NCBI RefSeq assembly: GCF_963921235.1
Contig: NC_086097.1
Location: 139,750,001 to 139,814,000 of the forward strand
DNA: 64,000 nt
Source of the DNA: Mobula hypostoma
Taxonomy: Eukaryota
Direction: 5' to 3'
Positions within the stretch are counted from its first letter, which is position 1, and every line of letters starts with the position of its first letter. The translations under genes and the position numbers were made by a program. Positions 11,560 through 25,392 of the stretch are shown piece after piece. The notes under the pieces were generated by a model that saw only the letters and a program-made list of their open reading frames with translations, was not told where the DNA came from and did not search any database.

Positions 11560-11790
11560 TAGAGAGCCAATCAGCGGCTTCTGACGTCACTCCCTCTCGC
11601 TTCCCACCAGATAAGGTGGATCACACCTAGTGCGCCTGTGCAATGCCGGCCGAGCTACGTGGGTGGGGGAGCGAGGGGTGAGCGTGTGCACCGTGGACTG
11701 TAGAGGAGGGGTGCTACCGTGCAGAGTCACGGTTGGGGGCAGGCCCCCTTGGCGGAGTTGTTGGATGCGAAGGAGGCGGAGCTGCGGTGA
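11560..11790 (-). promoter_or_regulatory. TBX20 proximal promoter
   Basis: GC/CpG-rich; CCAAT 11567-11571, palindromic CRE TGACGTCA 11582-11589, GATA site AGATAA 11609-11614, about 220-270 nt upstream of the ATG; TSS not determinable. Confidence 0.65.
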
Positions 11791-14700
11791 TTAACCCTCT
11801 ATGGGTCACGGAGCAGCGCGCTCGCTTCCCGTGACAGCGGAACGGAAGGCAGCGCAAGTCACGGCTCAGTTCGCAAATTGCTGCTGTACAAACCCCACAG
11901 CCCGGAGATTACACCTACTAGTTGAGAGCGTGTGTGATCTTTGTCAGGAGTGAGAATCGGTTTCGCTGTGCCCTGAATGTCTGCAGTACCCTGCGTGTTT
12001 CACATTCCTAATGTCTTGTTTACTGACATTTCCCCTCACGCAGATACCTCAGAGTTCTGTTCGAATTAGAATTCGTTTAGACTTTACGAGAGACGGGAAT
12101 GACCTCGGACTAATCCTAGACGAGCCTTCCAAAAGCTCGTGTATGCTTGGAGTGTTTCGTTTGGGTTTTGTCGAACTGGCTTGTTGGCCAAAATCTCTGT
12201 TGAACCATTTTTTCCCTTTTTCCAGCACAACCGCTGTTTCTCAGATAAGGGAATGAGCTTTGTCTACTCTAGACCGACGTGAATCTGCAGGCAGGTCTAA
12301 GTAATTAATTAGTGAGAACTGAAGAATGTCTCCCGTTTTCTCGTGCACTCATTTATTTAACAGACTAGACGACATCCCTCCCTGACACCCCAAACAAATC
12401 AAATAGTTAACCAATATTATTTTGGAACGGATTCCCTTCCAATTCTGCGTTCAGCGTGTTTTAGGCAATTTATTCGGCGTTTGTAGCTCTTTCCGTTCGG
12501 TGGGTTTGCTGCCGAGTGTAACAACCAGGCTTCTTTCCGCGCGCCGCCTGATCCCCCAACATTTTCGATGTAATTTTGTTTCAAGGACAACCTTCAACCG
12601 TGGGCCGCGCACACCACAGAGAGCGGGAGCTTCTGGGAACGATATTGTCAGTTTTCCAGTTCGGGCCTTCACCCGTTCCTGGCGCGGAACACTGAAACGA
12701 GTAAATGAATGAAAGCGACCAAAGCATTCCTCTGAGGTGTAACTCGGAGAATGTGGCGCTTTATTCTGGGATCGCTGCATTTCCAAAAGTTTTATGCCTT
12801 TGAACGGAGCGCGACATATACCCGGGCTGGCTTTTCAAGATTCACCCTTCAAAATCCGTTTGAATCCATTCTCATTTCTGCTTGAATTTATTTTCGTAGC
12901 CAACGGTAATAATTTTTTTTAAAAACTACCCTTTATATTCGTGGGATCACACGGAATATTAACAAGCCCTGAATGATTCCCCGATTAAACACTGCATTTT
13001 ATTCGCGTCCTTTGACTAGGCCCCATAAAGTGCTTGCTGCTCAGCAATATTCCCCTCGCCACACCTGCCGTAATAGTTTGAAACATGTCGTGACTGGAAA
13101 TATTTACATGTACCGTTTAATGCAAGCAATGATTGTCCATATTCTGATTGTGAAGAATTTTAACGTTCATTCGTATAGCATTGTAGGCAAATCGATTCGC
13201 TTGCATAATGATTCCAGTTTTGTGCTTTCTGAACAGGGGCGGCGAACGCGGGGTCCGGTTCATTTATAAAGCCGATAATCTCTCTGAAATGGCTTTATCT
13301 TTTTAAAAAGCCGATTCTTATTTTGACGACAAATAATAGCTTTTAATGTAAAATGATTACACTTATTGAAAATAACGATGGAAACGAGTAAATAAAGGAC
13401 GCGGAGCGGATTTAAAAGCGTCAGAAGTCGAAATGCAAGGATATACTGTTTTCATTATAAACATATCACCCTGCCGTGAGGGAGAATCTAACAAAGTTGG
13501 TGAGAAAGTAAACGTGGGGATGGGTGAGAAACGTAAGGGTGGTCTCGGAGATAGAAGGAAGCGGTGGAATGTACACCCGCTGTAAAGCAGCGAATATAAC
13601 CTTCCAGATATTATATAATCGGGTTATTTCCAATAACATTGTCGATCTACTGGCATATCTTCCGGTGTTTTGTCAGCACCGGGCTCACCGAACGAAATAT
13701 TGCTGGCCGAGTGCGGGAGGAATTGGTGAGAAGGAGTGCGGGTCCCGACCGGCATCGGCCTTTGTGTGAAATTGGACTTCATCTTTGGCGTGGTGGGGGG
13801 GGGGGGTCTCCGCTTATTTTTATTCGTCAGAGCACTTTCAAATGCCGAGGATGCGGCGGAAGGGGCGAAAAAAAAACGCCCAATGTCATTTGAAGTGAAA
13901 CCCCGCGCAGTTTGTACTGTGAATGGAGCTGGAATCAGCGTTTTCTTTAATTCCATTAGACACCGCGCACCCTGCAAATGTAAATGCAGTGCGGGAGGTT
14001 TAATCAGCCCACTTGACAATTAGATTATCTTCAAATTGCCATCGGATAATGTGCTAAAAGCTTTGGCAGTGAGTGTAACTCCGGGCCGAGAGTTATTCGC
14101 ACATTGAGGCCTCTCGCGTCCCCTGATAGTGCGGCGATCCGCCTGACACAGACACCGCAATCGATCCGTTTTCTCATAAACTTATTTGATAAAGTAAAGA
14201 AATGCTAATGACTGTTCCGCGTTCGGTTAACATCACCCGCCAGCCATTGAACCTTAACTCAATACATTCCACACGTTACAAATAAGGAATTTAACCAAAA
14301 CCGTCGAAATGGTTTAACTTGAATAAATAAGATTAATAAATAAAAACAGAATATAAAATGCTGGAAACGCTCCTTAAATTCTGCTCCAGAGATTTCAACG
14401 CCCCAGAAGCCCTGGTATATTTTCTCTCCCTCACTGTGGGCAGAACGTGTTCAAATTGGAGCGTGGGGATGTGGAAACGAGACGCAGACACCGCGGCAAA
14501 ATTCCCAGTTTAGTTCAAGTCGCCGGCCATTCTTCGTCTCCGGTCTAAGAACTGTGGGGGCTCGAGTAAGACTAAACATGAAATGTGCAAATCATTGGAG
14601 TGAGAGTGCTGGTGAGTAAGGGCGCCATATAGTGAATGGATTTTTTAGAAATTTGCACGAGTTGCCAAATGTTTTGCCATTTCCCCACTTTGGGCAGCCC

Positions 14701-17639
14701 ACGCTCGGCGACTCTTTCTCAGTCGGATGCTTGGAGTGGAGCTGCAGTGTGCTGTCGGGTCGGTGGAAAGGAGGTTGTTGCTGGGTGCTGTGGGAAAGGG
14801 GGCTGCTGTTGGTATGGTAGAGGGGGTTGTGTTGACATGGAGACATTGCGCTGAGAGTGTAATGGTTGGGGTGTAGTATTGAGCTGGGGTGGTGGTGTTG
14901 GACTAGGTGAGGTTCTGAGCCAAGTTGTAGTTTTTGGTTGAGGTATGGTGTTCTGAGGTTGAGTGTGTAGCATTGCTGAGTTGGGATGCAGTGTAGAGCT
15001 GGGGTTAGGGTGTTGATGTCCCGTGTGTTTATAGACACTCAACGGGTCGGGCAGTGTCAGTGGAGAGAGAAATGAATTAATAGTTCAGGTGTAAGGGGAA
15101 TAAATTGCGCTGGATCTATCCGACCTCCTACCCTATTCCATCCCCCACAGGCGTGGACTGGGGTGGAGTAGGAGGAGAAATCGGTTGCAGATTCCCATCT
15201 GGGTAGGTGCTGGGTGGGCAAGTCTTGGAGAAATGTGGTGCAGGAGGCAGCTCAGGAAGGCTCAACTCCATTCTGATGCATACTGAGAAGTTAGATACCC
15301 ATCTTCTCAGTGTCGCCAAGAGCCCTGGCTGGCGTCCGAGAAACCGGGTGAAGAAGCAAGTTGAAACATTAAACGGAATGCGGTGCGGTCGAATACCGGC
15401 TTTCCCGGAACTCTCACCATGTGTTAAATGTTGCAACACCGCGGGAGTACCGGTGGGGGGGGGGGGGGGGAGTGGTGGCAAGAGGCCATTCGACTCTCGA
15501 GTCAAGCAGCGAGTTGAGATGTTGTGTGATGGGGGAAAGCCGTGCTGGGGCGCTCTTTGGGTTTTAATGTCTATTTTAAACCGATTCCGTCATCCTAATC
15601 CACGATTCAGCCGCCCTTCACCGTTCTGTGCCGATCATTCCAAGCCGTGTATTTCACCCCTTGTATTAACTTGTTTTTAGATTATTTGGCAGCCTGGGAG
15701 GTTAATTTAGATGTAAATTAATAATGTAGAACTTTCAACGCGTCTCTCTGCTTTGCATGTGAGCGCAGTGTCAGCTCCTAATGACTGTAATTGGAAACAG
15801 GCAGGCCCGGTCGCTGCAATCTCTCCAAACTACTGAGCGGTAGTCAGTGAAAACATATTTAAGAGTGGATGAGTGATACCCTGAGTGCAGTATGTGCGCT
15901 AATGCCTCTCCCTGTGTCTCAATAAATCAGTGTACAAGACCTTGATTTAATTCGGGTCCTGCTAATGAAATGGCTGCAATATCATCGCGACGCCCGCTCA
16001 CCTTTCAAAGCCAGACTTTATCGAATTATGGGGAATCGAGAACTCAGATCGTCTTATTGGATTAGCTGCTTTCATTTTATCTTAAAAAAAAGGTCCGGCG
16101 GTTGTCTGCTTCGAGTTCCGTTAGCCCTGCTCAATATGAGGAGAGCGATGCTTCGAATCTGACTGCCCGTTATCCCCACAAATAAATTACAACATTGGTG
16201 TTGAGTTGATATTGGGATGCCCCAGAAGAGCCTTGGACTGGTAGCGGAAAATAGTCAAATGGGAAACGGCCCTTAAGGACCAGCGATAATTTTTCGTGTC
16301 AGGCCGGTTTTTGCGGCTTTCTGAGGATAGTGCCGAGGGTGCTGTTCCCATCTCCTTGCTTTTCCCACAAACCCCTTTTCCTCCTTGGAGGTGGAGATGG
16401 GGGGGGGTTCAGGGCTACGGGGTGAATGGCGGCAGTGCCCCTCCTTCTACCCCCTAACGCCAGCCCCTTCTCATTGGACAGGTTGCCTGTCCATCATCAG
16501 TGCTGACTGACCAGTAGTTTTCCCGGCCGCTGTAGGATGCGGAACGGGGATGTTTTACAACCCCGGCAGTATAATTCTTGTGATATTCTCCTAACCACGC
16601 ATTCCAATCACTCAAGATCAACCTCCCTTTCGTCGCCCCACTTTTTCACTCCCTCTCACTGTCTCCACCCCCCCCCCATACACGCACAGCCCCACTCCCC
16701 CGACCTCAAGCCATCTGAGGAGGGAAACCTCACCCGGACATTTGTGACTCTCGGCTGGTCTATTCCCGCGCTCTCCTGTCTGACATTTCATCCCACCCAC
16801 CACCCCCTTCCACAAACCTGCCGTTCATTTGCAACTCGCCATTTCCGAGTTTGGATGAATTCAAGGTGCTAGGCGAGAGAGCCAGTAGAAGAGAGTCGGA
16901 GAGTTCCTGTGCTACCCCACTGGCCAGAGGGGTGGATGGCCAGCGGTTGTGGAAAGGACATGAGACGGTGGCGTCAGAGAGACCAAATAATGTGACATAA
17001 GGTGGAACTGGATTTAGAAAAAAGAGCTGTGTCTTCAATTACTGAAGTTAATGAACACCATCAGCTTTACCATACAAACTGCCACAGTTTGTCCAATGGA
17101 CAACTATTTCCTTTAACAAGACTCCCGGGTCTGCAGGGCTGTACATAGTGGATAGATTACTCTAAATGAAAGATATGTTGGCAGATGGTAGTTAATGTCC
17201 GCATTGCACTGACACACCGAGTCACAGTGTACTGACGTACTGTAACAGAATGGAGTCTACCCGAATACGAAGGGAAAGTAATCCCACAGATATAAAGCGT
17301 TGGCCAGGCATCACTTGAAGCACTGCAGTCTGTTTGGGGCTCCTCGGATAACCTGTTTTAGGCATCTTCCAATATAAACTAAGACTCTCGTGATCCCCTT
17401 GACAGGGCGTGACGGGTCACCATGCGATCACAGCAGGACGCTCTTACCTTCCCATCACCTCTCATTTCACCACCTTTCCAAAGGTTTATATATTTTGACT
17501 TCTCCAAGGTAAAGGTTAATTAGGTTGGTGTCTTTGTTATAATAATAACTGGTAACCGTGACCGGGGTATTATAAAAACACTTTGTTCACGGATGCCCTT
17601 CCCAGGAGGATATCATCCCTTCACTCTCTGAGTTATAGA

Positions 17640-18230
17640 CCACAGAACACAAAACGTTACGGCACAGGAACAGAATCTTCCGCCCACAACGTCGTGTCGA
17701 GCTAATTAAGATAATGACACAATTAAATTAACTCCTTCTGCCTGCTGGCCCACGTCCCTCTATTCCTGCCCATTCATGTGCCTATCTAACAGCGTCCTAA
17801 ACGCCTCTGTCGGATCAGTATCTACCACCTCCATCTGAAGTGTATTCAAGGTGTTCACTCTCTGTGTGAAAAAAGAACTTGCCCCGCACATCGCCTTTGA
17901 AATCTCTCCCGATTACGTTAATCCAGTATTGTCCATTTTCACCTTAACTGATTACTCTTTCTATGCCGCTCATAATTTTATAAATTTCTATTAGGTCTCT
18001 CCACACCCCGCCCCCCGCCTGTGCCACGCCAGAGAAAACAAAACCCTTTAGTCCAATCTTTCCTCAATGCATTCACGTCCCTTCTGGTCCAGATAACATC
18101 CTGGCGAATTTCTCCAATCTGTCCAAAGCCTCCACACCCTTCCCACAATGGGGAACCCAGAATTGAATGCATTACCCACGATGAGGACTAACCAGAAATG
18201 TATAAACTCGTGTTTTACGTAACTTCGGAC
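17640..18230 (-). mobile_element. CR1-type LINE 3' fragment
   Basis: Similar to the minus-strand CR1 3' ends elsewhere in the window (e.g. 47475-47950). Confidence 0.65.
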
Positions 18231-19234
18231 CATCTACAAGGCTGGCTGTTAACCGCCCTTTCATCTCTGCTGGGCAAATAGGAATGAGAGCCTTGTTGAA
18301 AACCCAAACAAGGAAGCAGAAGACTAGGACTCACGTCAGCAAAGACATTCAGGAACTCTCTCTCCAAAACAACCGGGGTCAAGAGGTGGTGGGGGATGGG
18401 GGTGGAGGGGCAAAATATTGAAATCTAAAAGGGGGGGCGGGTTGGGATAGACCGATGTCCTTGAAGGTAAAAGATACTCGAGTTTTGAGTCAATTTGTGG
18501 TTTCTAATCTCACGTCCAAACTCTGTGTTTAGGGAGCCAGTTGAACACAACATTGCAATACTGCAGTGGCAGAGAGGTGCGACCAGGGAAATTCGCATTA
18601 TTCGAGGGAGAACCTTTGAATGAGATGTTAAACCGATGTGTGCTCTCAAATAGTTCTCCCCAGTGTTCTCCTTCAACTGACATCACTAAAGTGGATGAAC
18701 CAAAATATTGTTTGTGGTGCGGGAGCTTGCTATGCCGCGGTATTCCACACATTGCAACAATAGTTCCAGTTTAGTAGACTTCCAGTGGCTGTGAAACCCT
18801 TGGGAACAAGATGAAGTTGTGAATGGCGCTGCAATACAGCACAGATTGTCAGTGGGGTTTTGTTCTAACAGGAAAGGTGCCCCCTGTTCCTCTCGCCCAA
18901 TAACTTAGCGAGGCCCACCAGTTCTTTGAGTGAATGATGATTTTAAAGATCGTTGGATCAGTTTCCAGAAAATAATCTGACTGGTGTTCAATAATTTATA
19001 GATATATCTTTTCCCCTCGATTAGTTCACCCAATCGGTGCAAAGAAAAGTAACCACGATGCGAATCTGAACTAACTCCACCCACCTGGACATGACCTACG
19101 CCCCCTCATGCCCTGTCTATCTAACTGTCTCTTAAACGTTGCTACAGTATCTGCTTTGGCCACTCCCCCCAGCAGCATCTCCTTCCTTTGGTTCCACGCT
19201 TTAGTATCTGGTTTCAAGTGATTTTCTGCTTACT

Positions 19235-19975
19235 GAAGTGAGTGAGGTATATCAGCTGGTTGAGTGGTGTCGAAACAACAACCTTGCAGTCAACCTCACT
19301 AAGACCAATGAATTAATTGTGGACTTCAGGAAGGGGAAGTCAGAGGAACACACGACTGTCCTCATTGAGGGATCGGCAGTGGAAAGGATGAGCAGTTTCA
19401 AGCTTCCGGCTGTCAACACCTCGGAAGATCTATCCTGGACCACACATTGATGCAATTACAGAGGAGGCACAACAGCGGCTACATTTCATTAGGAGTTTGA
19501 GGATACTCGGAAACTTCTACGGATGTACTGTGGAGAACATTTAATTGGTCGCATCACCGTAGGGTATGGAAAGGGTCACCGCACAGGATCGGAAAAAGTT
19601 GCAGAAAGTCGCGCACTCAACCAGCTCCATCATTAGCAATAGTTTCCCCAGCACCGAGGACAGCTTCAAAAGGCATTACCTCAAACAGACAGTTCCCGTC
19701 ACTAAGGACCCCACTACCCAAGGCATGCCCTCTTCTCATTGCCACCACCAAGGAGGAGGTACAGGAGCCTGAAGACACGCATTCAACGATTCAGGCACAG
19801 CGTCTCCCCGCCGCCATCAGATTTTCATGAACCCATGAAAACTGCCTCACTATATTTTCCTTTTCTCTTTCTTTTTGCACCAATTCAATTATATATAGTT
19901 AAAATGTGTACTGCAATGTACTGCTGCCGCAAAACAGCATATTTCACGACATATGTCAGTGATATGAAACCGGTC
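19235..19975 (+). mobile_element. Rex1/Babar-type LINE, 3' RT fragment
   Basis: [29 protein letters not shown]-terminal motif; frameshifted. Confidence 0.85.
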
Positions 19976-20999
19976 TGTCAGATTTTGCTGTACACAAGTG
20001 ACTGTTTTCGATATTACAATGACGGTACCTCAGAGGCACTCCATGGACTTTGCGGCATTTTGAGGTGTCCTGAGGTCGTGCACGCATTGTTTTTCTGACG
20101 TGAGACTGGACTCGATGCAGTGAGGTTTCGAACTCAGTGCTCCATCTTCCTGATCCCAGAGCCCAGTAAAGTGGTGTCAGCCCAACTCGACTGACCCCGC
20201 CCCGATCTCCATCTCTTTTCACGGCAGCCAATAGCCCCGATCCTGGGTATTGAGCTCAATATCACTCACTGCCGAGAGCTCGATGTTTCGGGACTTCCGT
20301 GGACAGATTCTAACTACCGCCAGTGAACCTGCCCACAGGAGTTTAGTGCTCGGCGGGCCCAGAAAGAACTCCACAGCTCGTTATAGACCTGTCTCAAGGT
20401 GAAATAAGAGTTAGAAAGGTCCTGAACGGTCAGACGCAGTAATTCAGGCCAGGCGGGACTCCGTGTTCACTACACCCCCCCTGGTCTTTCATTTTGTAGA
20501 CGTTACACCGATCTTCCTGCTCAGGGGGAGTGGAAGACAGCAAGACGCAAGAGACTGGGATCTGGAGTAAAAAAACACAAAGCAAATCGCTGGAGGAATT
20601 CAGTGGGTCAGGCAGCGTCTGAGGATCATCTGGATTTAACTCATACTTTGCCTCCACACTACCCCGCTGGTCTAGTCCCCTCCCTCTTACAATTAGGGCG
20701 CACCCCACACATTCCACCAGTTTAAAAGCTTCCAGTTCCCTGTCCCCAGAGACTCACTGACACCCGGGATGTCCAGTATTGGAACACTTCCGTCTCCCAT
20801 CAGGAAGCCCTTAAATTTCCTCCTAGAACACGGACATCAGTGGGGCTGTCCCCTTCATAATAAGCACGGGAGTGAGCCCTGCAGACTTTCATCCAAATCT
20901 CGGCGGGCTGAAATCAGCGCGAAAGGTCGTCCACTGGTACCGCTGGTAACGTTAAAAAGAGCCCCGGTTCTTTCAGCTCTTTTCGGCGGGCTGAAAGAA

Positions 21000-22535
21000 G
21001 CGCGGCGCTAGTAAGAAGAAGCGAGGCATAAACGGAGCTGCCATTGCGTGAGTGGTCAGGCTTTGGCTCAACAGGCTTATGTAAGAAAAGGCACGGGAGG
21101 GGGGTTTAAGTAAGTAATAATGTCTCTACTAAGTTTATTTCCTTTTAGTACATAGCTAGTGCGCTGAGAATGGGTTTGGAGTAATGGTATGTTCTTTGTG
21201 TGCGAGTTGGGAACTCTGGGAGACATCCAGTCACCGCGATAACTACATCTGTATGAAGTGCACCGAGCTGTAGCTCCTCAGGACTGGGGCTTCAGCTAGA
21301 TGACCTTCGGCTCACACGGGAAAATGGGGAGGTGATGGAGTTACAGGGAAGTAGTCCTCTTCAGTTGCAGGAGGCAGCTACCTCGAGGTTTCGGGGTACT
21401 TCGAGGTTGATGATAAAACAGGACAACGTCAGTATGGTCAGACAAGGCGCTGCACGTAACAAGATAAGAGTCCGTGATATTACAGGGAAGGTACCAGCAT
21501 CAATAGAAAATTGGCTGACTGGCAAGAGGAAAAGAGTGGGAATAAAGGGGGCCTTTTCTGGTTTACACCCGGAGACTAGTGGTGTGTCACATAGGTCGGT
21601 GTGGAGACCAGCTCTGTCAAGCAGTAGGTTTGCAGACGATACGAAGATAGTTGGAGGGGCAGATAGTGTTGAGGAAGCAGGGTGTCTACAGAAGGAATTG
21701 GACAGATTGGGAGAATGGGAAAAGAAGTGGCAGATGAAATACAGAGTCAGGAAGTGCATGGTCATGCACTTCGGCAGAAAGAATGAAGGCGTGGACTATT
21801 TTATAAATGGAGAGAAATTTCAAAAATCAGAGGTGCATAGGGACCTGGGAACCCTCGTACAGAATTCCCTAAAGCTTAACTTGCAGCTTGAATCGGTGGT
21901 AAGGAGGCAAATGGTAAGGACTCGAATGCAAAAGCAAGTATGTAATCCTGAAGCTTTATAAGGCATTGATCAGGCGGCACTTGGAATATTGTGAGCAATT
22001 TTGTGTCCCTTATCTAGAAAAAGATGTGGTGGTATTGGAGAGGATCCAGTGGAGAATTACAAGGATGATTCTGGGAATGAAAGCGTTAACATATGAGGAG
22101 CATTTGATGGTTCTGGGCCTGTACTCGCCGGAGTTTAGAAGAATGAGGGGGATTTCATGGGAACCTATCGAATATTCAAAGGCCTGGATAGAGTGGGTGT
22201 GGAAGATTATTTTTCATGTATTGGGAGAGTCTATGACCAGAGGGCACAGCCTCAGAATTGAGGGACGTCCATTTAGAACAGAGATGAGGAAAACATTATT
22301 TAGCCAGCATGTGATGAATCTGTGGAATTCATTGCCACCGCCAGCTGTGCAGGTCAAGTCATTGGGTATATTTAAATCGGAAGTTGATAGGTTCCTGATT
22401 AATGAGGGCGTCAAAGGTTACGGTGAGAAGGGAAGAGAACAGGGGTTGAGAGGGATAATAAATCAGCCATGATGGAATCGCGGAGAAGACTCGATAGAAT
22501 GAATGACCTAATTCTGCTCCTATGTCTTATGGTCA
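21000..22535 (+). mobile_element. CR1-type LINE, internally deleted
   Basis: RT motif FADDTK, KWQMKY..KCMVMHFG, TRGHSLRI; 3' tail cctaattctgctcctatgtcttatggtc. Confidence 0.9.
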
Positions 22536-22605
22536 AATCAAAGCGGGAAACGGGAAAGGAAGATGGGAATTGTGAAGAGAAATCCAGGAAATTCTCTTCT
22601 GTTTT

Positions 22606-22684
22606 GGGATTCCCAAACTTTTTCTATGCCATGGACCAATACCATTAAGCAAGGCGTCTATGGACCCCAGGTTGGGAACATCTG
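22606..22684. mobile_element. Short hAT-like MITE
   Basis: gggattcccaa...ttgggaacatctg termini; reverse complement resembles 53957-54027. Confidence 0.55.
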
Positions 22685-23949
22685 GATCGCGAAAACATCT
22701 GCTTGAAATCTGAAATCCAGAACGGGCTCCATAGATGAGGTCGCCACTCCGAAGAGGGACTAGGTTTCTTCAGCCTGAATAATTCTGGAGCCAAGGGGCA
22801 TCGATGCTCTGTGGCTGAGCATATTCGACATAGAAATCCACGGAGCGCGGAGTGCTTAGTGAATCGAGGTAATTGTGGGGAGAGCGGAAAGTGATGCTGA
22901 AATTACAAAGTAAAAACCGCCGCAGACTTATTGAGCGGCAGAGCAGGGTCAAACGCTGCCATCGACGGTCCCAAACCGGGCTGCGAAGGAGGAGTGTTGG
23001 ATACTGGGCCAGTAACCCTACCCCCTAAAAACTCTGAGCTTCAGAAACACCAGCAGAAGCTCCAAAAAGCTCATCTCTGGAGGAGAAAGGATCTCAGATG
23101 GGCTACGGCTGGGGAGGCTGACCAGGACAGAGGACTCTGGCGGGCAGCTTAGTCGGGGTGGGGGGCTTAAGTCAGCAGGATCGATTCTGCTTCAATTATC
23201 TGTGATGAAGGGGCAAAAAAGTAGAAAAGAGTTCTATGTTTAGAGCTTTAACTTTTCTGAAATGATTTCCGAGCTGTGAGGAAGTGGCCCTTGATGGAAT
23301 CTTGGTCTGTCCAGGACTCAAGCACCTTCGCTAATAGGATCCCCAAAGAGCAAACCGCCGGCTTCAGCTACTCCTGAGGCCTCATAGAAAATAGGTGCAG
23401 GAGTAGGCCCTTCGGCCCTTCGAGCCTGCACCGCCATTCAGCCTCGTTCAATATTATTACTCGAATCCACAGACTTGAGGGAAAAGGGCGGAGGGATCAA
23501 AGGCTCAAATCACCCGCCACTGGCGCCTCGTAATGCTGGACAGCACCCCCCTTCTCCCCGTTGCTTCAATAGACAATAGGTGCAGAAGTAGGCCATTCGG
23601 CCTTTCGAGCCATCACCGCCATTCACTGTGATCATGGCTGATCATCCACAATCAGTATCCAGTTCCTGCCTTATCCCCATAACCTTTGATTCCACTATCT
23701 TTAAGAACTCTATCCATCTCTTTCTTGAAAGCATCCATTGACTTGGCCTCCACAGCCTTCTGGGGCAGAGCATTCCATATATCCACCACTCTCTGGGTGA
23801 AAATGGGTCGTGAACTTGGCAACTAACCCGGAGAACTTGTAGGCAGAACACTAAATTTAAGGTGGGGACGGAAGAAGGTGTCAGTAAAGCTGCAGTGGTC
23901 CGCTTTCAACCCCCCAAGTAACGGGTCAGGGCAGCTGAAAGTGGTGTCA

Positions 23950-24510
23950 CACGGTGGTGAAGAAGACATTTGTTTACGCTGCCCTTCACCATTCAGGGCA
24001 ATGGGCGTGGAAATCGGGACGTTGTTTTGCAACCGGTGAGCCAAACTTGGGAGTATTGTGTTCCGCTTTAGTCACCATATTTAGGAATGATGTTATTGAG
24101 CTGGAAAGATTGCAGAAAATATTTACAAGCATGAAGCAAGGACCGAGTTACGGAGAAGGGATGAACAAGCCAGGACTTTATTCTTGGGGCACCGGAGAAT
24201 GAGGGCTGATTTTGTATTGAAACATGAGGGGCGTAGATTGCGTGAACGCATAGTCTTTTCCCCAGTGTTGGGGAATCAGGAACTAGAGGGTATAAGTTTG
24301 AGATGAGTGGGGCGAGTTCTTTTTTTTCACCCAGAGGGTGGTCAATATATGGAATGAGCTGCCAGAGTAAGGAATTGAGCTGGGAATATTAACACCTTTT
24401 AAAAGATACTTGATAGGTACTGTATATGGATAGGTGTCGAGCCGAACATATTGGACTGACTTCGGTGGGAGATCTTGGTCGACATGGACGAGTTGGGCCG
24501 AAGGGTAACT
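23950..24510 (+). mobile_element. CR1-type LINE 3' fragment
   Basis: DVIELERLQKIFT-like ORF2 tail and CR1 3' UTR. Confidence 0.75.
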
Positions 24511-24962
24511 CGGGACTAAATTGAATGCTGACCCTTTTCTCGGAAGGCAAACTCAGCGTTAAAGAAATGGTCTGGCTGTCAAGGGCAGTAACCTGCGGGA
24601 TCGCGTGGCCGGGAATCTCTGCTGAACATGATTTAATGCTGATGCACCGACAGCCCATGCCGAGATTTCCGGGGAATGGTCAGCTGATAGGACTAATTAG
24701 GCGGCCACAAGCTGGGCCCTGCTTTTGAAGTGCCCCGCTCGCTAATTGTCTGTCGGTCGGCGACGCGCACGAGGTTCAGGTGAAATGTAACGGGCTCGCT
24801 GCTTGATGCTGATGTGAGATGGCAGGCAGCGGACGGGCGGTGTGTTAATTTAACTGATTAAGAATGGAGTATTTAGCCAGAGTTTTGGGTGCTTGCTAAT
24901 CCGCTCAAACACTGTGAAGCGCACGAGGCAACGTCGCTGGGAGGATTTACACAGAGTGGTGC

Positions 24963-25019
24963 GGGAGGAGGGAGGAGGGAGGAGGGAGGAGGGAGGAGGG
25001 AGGAGGGAGGAGGGAGGAG
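24963..25019. repeat. (GGAGGGA)n microsatellite
   Basis: Direct reading. Confidence 0.95.
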
Positions 25020-25224
25020 TGGAAGAAGCGAAATGAAACGTGCGGAATAGGGAGCGAGGAGATAGAAACAGAAAGCTGTTCGGCCCCCAGTACCTGTTCC
25101 GCCCCCAGTACCTGTTCCGCCGATCGTTGGCGCCATTGGTGCTCTCCACCGACTGACTTCAACATAAGGGATATCTTGATTGATTACATCATGGTCTGGT
25201 AGGGTATTTCGAATGCCAAGGAAA

Positions 25225-25392
25225 GAAGGTAGCGTAATGGTTAGCACAACGCTTTACAGTACCAGCGCTGTTCCTGCAAGGAGTTTGTACGTTTTCCCCG
25301 TGACTACGTGGGTTTCCTATGGATACACCGGGCTTCCTCCAGTTGGTAGGTGATTGGTCATTGTAAGTTAAGCCAGGGTTAAATTGGGGCTT
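25225..25392 (+). mobile_element. V-SINE/HE1-like SINE
   Basis: tRNA-like head gtagcgtaatggttagc and core ggagtttgtacgttttccccgtgactacgtgggtttcc. Confidence 0.7.

Noticed and set aside
11346..11570. 75-codon in-frame N-terminal extension of TBX20
   Set aside because: No ATG upstream of 11345 and no recognisable similarity; runs into the CCAAT/CRE promoter region; treated as 5' UTR.
25225..25270. tRNA gene
   Set aside because: tRNA-like SINE head lacking a complete cloverleaf and followed by the SINE core.
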